Origin: Myxococcales bacterium
GTDB taxonomy: Bacteria; Myxococcota; Myxococcia; Myxococcales; 40CM-4-68-19
Direction of reading: 5' to 3'
DNA: 64,000 nt
Assembly: GCA_036518615.1 (NCBI GenBank)
Contig: DATDMU010000273.1
Coordinates: 751 to 64,750 of the forward strand
A program made the position numbers and the translations under genes. The notes beneath the pieces were generated by a model. The model made no database searches, was not told the origin of the DNA, and saw only the letters and a program-made list of their open reading frames with translations. The first letter of the stretch is position 1. The number at the start of each line of letters is the position of its first letter. Of the stretch, positions 57,758 through 64,000 are shown in pieces.

Positions 57758-59209
57758 ATGGCGGATACGACCTCAGCATCCGGCAGCATGCTGGCAGGAC
57801 GGTTGTCGCCGGGGTTTACGTCGAAAGTGAACCTCTTCGTCGACGTCGCGCTCGTCTTCATCCTGACGTTTGCCGCCGCGTCGTCGAACGCGGACGCCGA
57901 CCTCGAGGACATGCGGGGGCTCTTCTGGATCGCGACCGCCGGGATGGCGGCCTGGGTGATCACCGCAGCCGCGCTGCGGCACTACAGCGTGCTCGCCTAC
58001 GACCGCGCCGCGCTCGACGACGCCGCCATGATCAGCGTGCACGTCGCCGCCATGGTGACGGTGCTCGCCATCGTCGAGCTGTTCGTCGGCGGCCGCGCGC
58101 CGACGCCCAACATCCCGCAGCTTCTGGTGCTCGTCTGGTGCTCGGTTGCCCTGGCGCGCTGGTTCTTCCGCCGGCTCGCCAGCGGGGAGCCGCCGCTGGA
58201 CGACGTGCTCATCGTCGGCATCGGCCCCATCGGCCGCCTCACCGCGAGCGACCTGCGCCAGCGGAGGCGACACAACGTGATCGGACACCTCAAGCTCGCC
58301 ACCGAAAACGGCCGGGAGACCGCACTGCTGGAGCGCAGCTACGCAACCGACGGCGCCATCTGCCGGATCCTCGGCGGCGCCTCGCAGCTCGAGCAGGTGC
58401 TGCGAACCGTGGCGGTGGACGAGGTGTACGTCGCCGGCAAGGTCCGCACCCACGGCGAGGAGATGCAGGAGGTGATCCGCGTCTGCGAGAGGTTCGGCAT
58501 CCCCTTCGCGGTGCCTGCCTACGCCTTCCGCCTCGACCGCGCGCATGCCGTCGAGGCCAACGCGGTGCAGGACGGCTACCTGCACTACGAGACCCACAAG
58601 CCGATGGTGCAGCAGCAGGCGATGAAGCGGCTCTTCGACATCATCGCCTCGGCGGTGGCGCTCTGGCTCTTGTTGCCGCTGTTCGTGGTGGTGGTGGCGC
58701 TGATCAAGCTGACCTCGCGCGGACCGGTCTTCTTCCGGCAGACGCGGGTCGGCCTGCACGGGCGCACCTTCAACATGCTCAAGTTCCGTTCCATGGTGGT
58801 GAACGCGGAGAGCCTCAAGGCCTCGCTCGCCACCTTGAACGAGCAGTCCGGCCCCGTCTTCAAGATGCGCCGCGACCCGCGCGTGACCCGGATCGGCCGC
58901 TTCATCCGCAAGTACTCCATCGACGAGCTGCCCCAGCTCATCAACGTGCTGCGCGGCGACATGAGCGTGGTCGGCCCGAGGCCGCCGGTGCCGGACGAGC
59001 TGCTCAAGTACGAGGCCTGGCAGCGCAGGCGGCTGTCGGTGCGCCCCGGCCTGACCTGCATCTGGCAGGTCTCGGGCCGCAACCAGATCTCCTTCGAGGA
59101 CTGGATGCTGCTGGACATGCAGTACATCGACCACTGGTCGCTGGCGCGCGATTTCCAGTTGATTTTCCGCACCATTCCGGTCGTGATCACCGGACGTGGC
59201 GCAAGCTAG
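57758..59209 (+). CDS. Polyprenyl-phosphate sugar-1-phosphate transferase, the priming enzyme (WbaP/EpsZ-like)
   Basis: N-terminal TM bundle, a central Rossmann-like region, and the C-terminal Bac_transf motifs KRLFDIIASAVALWLLLP, FRQTRVG..GR.F...KFRSM, DPRVTRIGRFIRKYSIDELPQLINVLRGDMSVVGPRP. Confidence 0.9.
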   Translation: MADTTSASGSMLAGRLSPGFTSKVNLFVDVALVFILTFAAASSNADADLEDMRGLFWIATAGMAAWVITAAALRHYSVLAYDRAALDDAAMISVHVAAMVTVLAIVELFVGGRAPTPNIPQLLVLVWCSVALARWFFRRLASGEPPLDDVLIVGIGPIGRLTASDLRQRRRHNVIGHLKLATENGRETALLERSYATDGAICRILGGASQLEQVLRTVAVDEVYVAGKVRTHGEEMQEVIRVCERFGIPFAVPAYAFRLDRAHAVEANAVQDGYLHYETHKPMVQQQAMKRLFDIIASAVALWLLLPLFVVVVALIKLTSRGPVFFRQTRVGLHGRTFNMLKFRSMVVNAESLKASLATLNEQSGPVFKMRRDPRVTRIGRFIRKYSIDELPQLINVLRGDMSVVGPRPPVPDELLKYEAWQRRRLSVRPGLTCIWQVSGRNQISFEDWMLLDMQYIDHWSLARDFQLIFRTIPVVITGRGAS

Positions 59210-59216
59210 GGAGACG

Positions 59217-59621
59217 ATGGCGGAACGGCGCAGCCTGGTGCTGGTGGTCGAGGACGAGCCCGACACGCGCAAGCTGCTGCGCAAGTACCTGGAGAAGCTC
59301 GGGCTCGAGGTGCTGGAGGCCGCGAGCGGCAAGGCGGCGCTGGCGCTGCTCGAGACGCAGCTGCCGGATCTGGTGTGCCTCGATCTGATGCTGCCGGAGA
59401 TCAGCGGCTACGACGTGTGCGAGCGCATCCGCGCCACCCCGCGGCTGCAGCGCATGCCCGTCCTGGTCATCTCCGCCCGCTCGCAGCCGCCCGATCGCGC
59501 GCTGGCGGAGGAGGTGGGGGCGACGGCCTACCTGATCAAGCCCATCCGCTGGAGCACGTTCTCCGAAACCGTCCACCGGCTGCTCGGCACGGATCCGGGC
59601 GCCGGAACCGGACCCGCCTGA
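59217..59621 (+). CDS. Single-domain response regulator (CheY-like receiver)
   Basis: LVVEDEPD acidic pocket, phospho-acceptor context DLVCLDLMLPEISG, VLVISAR, and a conserved K in YLIKP. A ribosome-binding site (GGGAGACG) precedes the ATG at 59217. Confidence 0.85.
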   Translation: MAERRSLVLVVEDEPDTRKLLRKYLEKLGLEVLEAASGKAALALLETQLPDLVCLDLMLPEISGYDVCERIRATPRLQRMPVLVISARSQPPDRALAEEVGATAYLIKPIRWSTFSETVHRLLGTDPGAGTGPA

Positions 59622-59624
59622 TCC

Positions 59625-61433
59625 ATGCCAACGCGTGGAACGGCGGCGCACGCGCTCATCGTCGAGCCCGATGCGGCACGGGCGGCGCAATACAGCGATC
59701 TGATGGAGCGCCGCGGCCTCGTGCCCACGGTGGTCCAGAGCGGAGAGGAGGCTCTCTTCGCCCTCTCCCACCTGGGCGCCCTGGCCATCATCCTCCTCGA
59801 GGCGGTTCTCCCCGACGGAGACGGGCTCTCCTTCCTCGAGGAGATCCGCGGCTCGCTGCGCGAGGAGACCGCGCCGGCCATCCTCATCGTCGGCACCCGC
59901 AACGCGCACGAGAAGGCTGCGCGCGCGATGATCCGCCTCGGCGTGGCCGCGCTGCTGCCGCCCTCCCATACCCTGGGCAGCCTGGAGAAGGCGGTGGAGC
60001 GCGCGGTCAGCCGCGAGGCGGAGCCCGAGGCCGGCGTCGCGGCCGCCCCCGGGGAGCTGCTCCCGGAGACGGAGCCGCCGCCACCTTCCGTGGTCGGCTC
60101 CCACCCGCTGGTGCGCGAGCTGGCGCTCCTTCCCGGCCTGCGCTTCGACAGCGACGAGGATCTGCGCGCCGTCGCCACCTCGACCGCCCGGACCTTCGGC
60201 GCGGCGGTGGGGATGATCTGGGTGGAGGCGGGGCAGCGGTCGCGCTTCGCGCTCCACCTCGAGGACGCGGTTCCGCAGCGATCGCCCCTGCGCGAGATCG
60301 AGCGCTGGACGCCGGTGCGATCGGCGATCGGCGGCGCGCCCCTCTTCGTCGCCGACGTGATGCAGCACGAGATCCTGCGGCGCACCCCGCTGCTTCCGGA
60401 CCGCTCGTCGGCCACGCTCCTCGGCGCGCCGCTGATGGTGGAGGGAAAGGCGGTGGGCGCGGTGGCCATCCTCCAGCCGCAGGTGGTGGGCAGGCTCGGG
60501 AGGGACCTGATGCGGCCGCTCTCGTTCTGGGCGCAGCGGCTCTCCGGCGATCTGCAGCTCCGGCGCCGCTCCGCTGCCCGGACGGCCGCGACGCCCGCGC
60601 CCGCCCCGCCCGGGGGCGTCGCCGCGACCGTCGCCGACATGCTGGCGGTGGGGCTCCTGGTCAGCGATCAGGCGGGGATCGTCTGCTTCGCCAACGCTGC
60701 GGTGGGCCGCTTCCTCGGCGCGGCCCTTCCCCGCTGGATCGGCGAGACGCGGGCGGTGGTGCTGCGCAACCTGGGAACCGCGGCGGGCGCGGACGACGGC
60801 GTGGTCAGCGCGGTGGTCGGAGCCCACGACGGCTTGCCCCAGGAGATGGAGTTCGAGGTCCAGCACCCGCAGCGGCGAATCCTGCAGTGGCGGGCGAGGT
60901 TCATCGAGCTGCCCTCCGGAACCGGCATCCTCGACGAGCTCGCCGACGTGACCGTGGAAGCGGAGCGGGCCCGCGCCAAGGACGCGCTGGTCCGCGTCGA
61001 CGAGAGCACCGGCCTGCCCAACAAGGAGGGCGCGGAGGACGCGCTCGGCCGCGAGGTGGCCCGCTCGCTGCGCTCCGGGGTTCCCTTCTCGGTGGCGCTC
61101 TTCGCGCTCGACGGCGCGCAGACCGGCCCGAGCCGCGAGGAGGCGTTCAAGCAGGTGGCCTGGCTGCTCCGCTCCACCGCGCGGCGGTACGACTACGTCG
61201 CGCGCCTGGACGCGCTGCGGCTCGTGGCGGTGCTGGCGGAGACGCCCGCGGACCCAGCCCGCGCATTTGCCCGGCGGTTCCTCTCCCAGGTGCGCGGCCC
61301 CGCCGGCCTGGTCGCGACGGTCTCTGCGGGCATCGCGCAGTTCGACGCAGGCAGGAACATCCAGGAGATCCTGCGCGACGCGAGCCTCAAGCTGTCGGAG
61401 GCGAAGCGGCTGGGCGGCAACCGCGTGGCATGA
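59625..61433 (+). CDS. Atypical signalling protein: receiver-like domain (Asp replaced by Glu), GAF, PAS-like region and a degenerate GGDEF domain that retains an RxxD I-site
   Basis: The receiver context AIILLEAVLPDGDG has Glu at the phospho-acceptor position. The GGDEF-domain start is DESTGLPNKEG. The active-site region reads ARRYDYVARLDALRLVAVL, where canonical proteins read RxxD....R.GG[DE]EF. Confidence 0.75.
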   Translation: MPTRGTAAHALIVEPDAARAAQYSDLMERRGLVPTVVQSGEEALFALSHLGALAIILLEAVLPDGDGLSFLEEIRGSLREETAPAILIVGTRNAHEKAARAMIRLGVAALLPPSHTLGSLEKAVERAVSREAEPEAGVAAAPGELLPETEPPPPSVVGSHPLVRELALLPGLRFDSDEDLRAVATSTARTFGAAVGMIWVEAGQRSRFALHLEDAVPQRSPLREIERWTPVRSAIGGAPLFVADVMQHEILRRTPLLPDRSSATLLGAPLMVEGKAVGAVAILQPQVVGRLGRDLMRPLSFWAQRLSGDLQLRRRSAARTAATPAPAPPGGVAATVADMLAVGLLVSDQAGIVCFANAAVGRFLGAALPRWIGETRAVVLRNLGTAAGADDGVVSAVVGAHDGLPQEMEFEVQHPQRRILQWRARFIELPSGTGILDELADVTVEAERARAKDALVRVDESTGLPNKEGAEDALGREVARSLRSGVPFSVALFALDGAQTGPSREEAFKQVAWLLRSTARRYDYVARLDALRLVAVLAETPADPARAFARRFLSQVRGPAGLVATVSAGIAQFDAGRNIQEILRDASLKLSEAKRLGGNRVA

Positions 61434-61505
61434 CGCCGCAGGCCGGCCCCGGGAGGCATGGAGCCCTTCCTCCTACCCCTCGGGGTGTATGTAGAATTTT
61501 GCCTC

Positions 61506-62222
61506 ATGAACGGATTCGACCTCGCCGCCATCCAACTGGTGAACAGCGTCGCGGGCCGCTGGCCGGAATTCGACCGGTTCGTCGCCTTCCTCACCTGGCA
61601 GAACCTGCTCAAGGGCGGCGTCTTCGCCACCCTGATCTTCTGGGCCTGGTTCTCGCACCGGCCGCGGGCGAAGGAGGTGGTCGTGGCCGCGCTCTACGGC
61701 AGCGTCGGCGCGGTGGCGATCGCCCGCGTCCTCGCCGCCGCCCTGCCCTTTCGCACCCGGCCGATCTTCAACGCGGCCGTCCAGGTGCATCACATCGACG
61801 GCCTCAACACCGGGACCTTGATCGATTGGAGCTCCTTTCCCAGCGACCACGCCGCGCTCTTCCTCGGGCTGGCCACGGGCCTCGGCTTCATCTCCGTTCC
61901 CCTCGGCGTGGCAAGCGGGCTCTATGCGACGGCCATCATCCTCTTCCCGCGCTTCTACGCGGGGATCCACCACGCCACCGACATCATCGCCGGAGGCGTG
62001 CTCGGGGTGTGCCTGGGCCTCTTCTCCTGCTGGCAACCGTTGCGCGAGAAGCTGGCGCGGCCGCTGCTCGCGCTGGAGAGATGGAAGCCCGCGCTCTTCT
62101 ACGCCGCCATGTTCGTCGTCTGCTTCGAGATCGCGGAGCTGTTCGAAGGCGTTCGCAACTCGGCCGAATCGGCCTGGCGGATCCTCGCCCGCCATCACGC
62201 CATTCCCCTGCACCACGGCTGA
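61506..62222 (+). CDS. PAP2 superfamily phosphatase (membrane-bound; undecaprenyl/lipid phosphate phosphatase type)
   Basis: PAP2 motifs PSDH and RFYAGIHHATD, with about 6 TM segments. The start is either 61458 or the ATG at 61506. Confidence 0.8.
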   Translation: MNGFDLAAIQLVNSVAGRWPEFDRFVAFLTWQNLLKGGVFATLIFWAWFSHRPRAKEVVVAALYGSVGAVAIARVLAAALPFRTRPIFNAAVQVHHIDGLNTGTLIDWSSFPSDHAALFLGLATGLGFISVPLGVASGLYATAIILFPRFYAGIHHATDIIAGGVLGVCLGLFSCWQPLREKLARPLLALERWKPALFYAAMFVVCFEIAELFEGVRNSAESAWRILARHHAIPLHHG

Positions 62223-62523
62223 GCTCTTTCGCTGCATTGTGAACGCCGCATCCGGGCAGGATCGACGGCCGCAGGGGATTGTGCTTTAGTTGCGAATGAG
62301 CATGTTCTTCGTCTCTTGATGGGCTGCGGGTGCCGGCCTCTGCCCGGGAGGCGTCGCGTGTCGGAGACAGCTTCGGTTCGCGAGATGGTCATGGTCTGGA
62401 CCCTGCTCGTCGCCGCTTCCGCAACGGCCTGGTTGCTGCTCCTGCTCGCGCACCGCTGACCGCATGGTCGAGAACGGACGCAAGCCGCCCTTGTCGCAGA
62501 AGGCAGCGCGCGTCTGACCTCGA

Positions 62524-64000
62524 ATGGTCTTCCGCGCACCGTCGCCGCGCCGCCGCATTTACTGGAGCGCGCTGAGGCGCTTCTTCTTGCCGGTGGCGCC
62601 CGGCGTGCAGGGCCACCCGCCCCCGAAGACGAAGCCCTGGCACCAGGTGCTCTGGCTCACCGGCGTCGATTACTTTTCCACCCTCGGGTATCAGCCGGGT
62701 ATCGCCTTCCTCGCCGCGGGGGCGCTCTCGCCGCTGGCGACGCTGGTGCTGATCGCGGTCACGCTCGGCGGAGTGCTGCCGGTCTACGCGGAGGTGGCGC
62801 ACCGGTCCTACGCGGGCCAGGGTTCCATCGCCATGTTGGAGCGGTTGATCCCCGGCTGGCCCGGAAAGCTCTTCGTCCTCGCCTTGCTCGGGTTCGCCAC
62901 CACCGATTTCGTCATCACCATGACCCTCTCCGCGGCGGACGCGGCGCAGCACGCGGTGGAGAACCCGCTCCTCGGCGCGTTCCTGCACGACCGGCTCCTG
63001 GTCACCTGCGCGCTCCTGCTCGCGCTCGCCATCGTGTTCCTGCGCGGGTACGGCGAGGCGATCGCGGTGGCGATGGCGGTGGCGATCCCGTACCTGCTGC
63101 TCAACGCGGCGGTGATCGCGCGCGGCCTCTGGGAGATCGTCCGGCACCCGCAGACCATCGCCTCCTGGCGGCAGGCGCTGGAGGGCCACGGCGATGCGTC
63201 CGCGCTCCTGATCGCGGCGCTGCTGGTCTTTCCCCGCCTCGCCCTCGGGCTGAGCGGGTTCGAGACCGGCGTGTCGGTGATGCCGCTCGTGCGCGATCGG
63301 TCTGGCGAGCAGCCCGGCCCGCCCCGCGGACGCATCCGCGACACCCGGCGCCTGCTCTTCACCGCGGCGCTGATCATGAGCGCGCTCCTGCTGGGATCGA
63401 GCCTCGTCACCACTCTCCTGATCCCGCCGGAGTCGTTCGGAAGGGGCGGCAAGGCGTCGGGGCGCGCGCTCTCCTGGCTCGCGCATGCGCTCCTCGGCGA
63501 GGGATTCGGCGGGCTCTACGACCTGACCACCATCGTCATCCTCTGGTTCGCCGGCGCCTCGGCGATGGCCGGGCTGCTCAACCTCTTGCCCCGCTACCTT
63601 CCCCGCTTCGGAATGGCGCCGCAGTGGGCGCAGCACGCGCGCCCGCTGGTGGTGGTGCTGCTCGCCGTCGACCTCACCGTCACCTGGCTCTTCGGCGCCG
63701 ACGTCGAGGCGCAGGGCGGAGCCTACGCGACCGGCGTTCTCGCCCTGTTGCTCTCCGCCGCCATCGCGGTGGTGATCGCGTTCGCCCGCGAACGCAACTG
63801 GGCGCGCTGCGCGGCCTTCGCCTTCGTCGCCGCGATGCTCGCTTACACCTTCGTCGACAACGTGATCGCCCGCCCGGAGGGCGTGGCCATCTCCGCGGTG
63901 TTCATCCTCGCCATGGTGGCGCTGAGCGCGCTGAGCCGCTTCTTGCGCGCCACCGAGTTGCGGGTGGAGAAGGTGGAGTTCGACGACGGCGTCTCGCAGC
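62524..64000 (+). CDS. APC-superfamily (amino acid/polyamine-type) permease-like membrane protein, 3'-truncated by the window edge
   Basis: This gene is not in the ORF track because it has no stop inside the window. I translated it manually from the ATG at 62524: MVFRAPSPRRRIYWSALRRFFLPVAPGVQGHPPPKTKPWHQVLWLTGVDYFSTLGYQPGIAFLAAG... The frame stays open to position 64000, with many hydrophobic segments and high GC3. Confidence 0.65.
   Translation, partial: MVFRAPSPRRRIYWSALRRFFLPVAPGVQGHPPPKTKPWHQVLWLTGVDYFSTLGYQPGIAFLAAGALSPLATLVLIAVTLGGVLPVYAEVAHRSYAGQGSIAMLERLIPGWPGKLFVLALLGFATTDFVITMTLSAADAAQHAVENPLLGAFLHDRLLVTCALLLALAIVFLRGYGEAIAVAMAVAIPYLLLNAAVIARGLWEIVRHPQTIASWRQALEGHGDASALLIAALLVFPRLALGLSGFETGVSVMPLVRDRSGEQPGPPRGRIRDTRRLLFTAALIMSALLLGSSLVTTLLIPPESFGRGGKASGRALSWLAHALLGEGFGGLYDLTTIVILWFAGASAMAGLLNLLPRYLPRFGMAPQWAQHARPLVVVLLAVDLTVTWLFGADVEAQGGAYATGVLALLLSAAIAVVIAFARERNWARCAAFAFVAAMLAYTFVDNVIARPEGVAISAVFILAMVALSALSRFLRATELRVEKVEFDDGVSQ

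Overview
The window is very GC-rich (roughly 70% or more by eye) and looks like bacterial chromosomal DNA. Gene content suggests Myxococcota or a related deltaproteobacterium; that is inference only, since no search was run. All family names come from reading the supplied translations and recognising motifs. Most long ORFs in the six-frame track are antisense or off-frame artefacts of the GC content. I kept only ORFs with recognisable domain motifs or clear operon logic, and trimmed their starts to plausible ATG/GTG codons.

Layout:
- 1-8.1 kb, housekeeping and accessory genes: a chalcone-isomerase-like fragment, a small basic protein, a betaine-type ABC transporter, amtB with a sigma-54 promoter, a divergent GAF/sigma-54 activator, a lipase and a quinone oxidoreductase.
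- 8.2-15.1 kb: a type IV pilus minor-pilin/tip operon (pilV-pilW-pilX-pilY1) behind a sigma-54-type promoter.
- 15.2-19.4 kb: a translationally coupled TrpB-like/DUF1015 pair and a secreted BNR-repeat propeller protein.
- 19.57-20.77 kb: two adjacent genes, each interrupted by one in-frame TGA at the position of a redox-active Cys and each followed by a hairpin. I read these as a selenocysteine peroxiredoxin and a selenoprotein-B (GrdB/PrdB)-like protein with a U-x-x-C motif.
- 20.9-62.2 kb: a roughly 41 kb Wzx/Wzy-type polysaccharide locus. It encodes a short OPX (outer-membrane polysaccharide export) protein plus a candidate beta-barrel, a PCP (polysaccharide co-polymerase, chain-length determinant), Wzy, a degenerate BY-kinase (bacterial tyrosine kinase)-like protein and an acyltransferase. 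It also holds three glycan-degrading-type enzymes, several glycosyltransferases, AsnB, WecB, a CDP-sugar cassette, a pyruvyl transferase, Wzx and a WbaP-like priming enzyme. A response regulator, an atypical REC-GAF-PAS-degenerate-GGDEF protein and a PAP2 phosphatase follow.
- 62.5-64 kb: a partial APC-type permease.

No rRNA, tRNA, CRISPR array, transposase, integrase or recognisable defence genes were seen.

Most noteworthy observations:
- the tandem selenoprotein pair;
- an array of four 16-18 bp palindromes (GTTCAACCGGTTGAAC) in a convergent intergenic region;
- an internally duplicated Cys-rich protein of unknown function inside the polysaccharide locus;
- a pseudo-kinase and a pseudo-receiver/degenerate-GGDEF protein that may regulate the locus.
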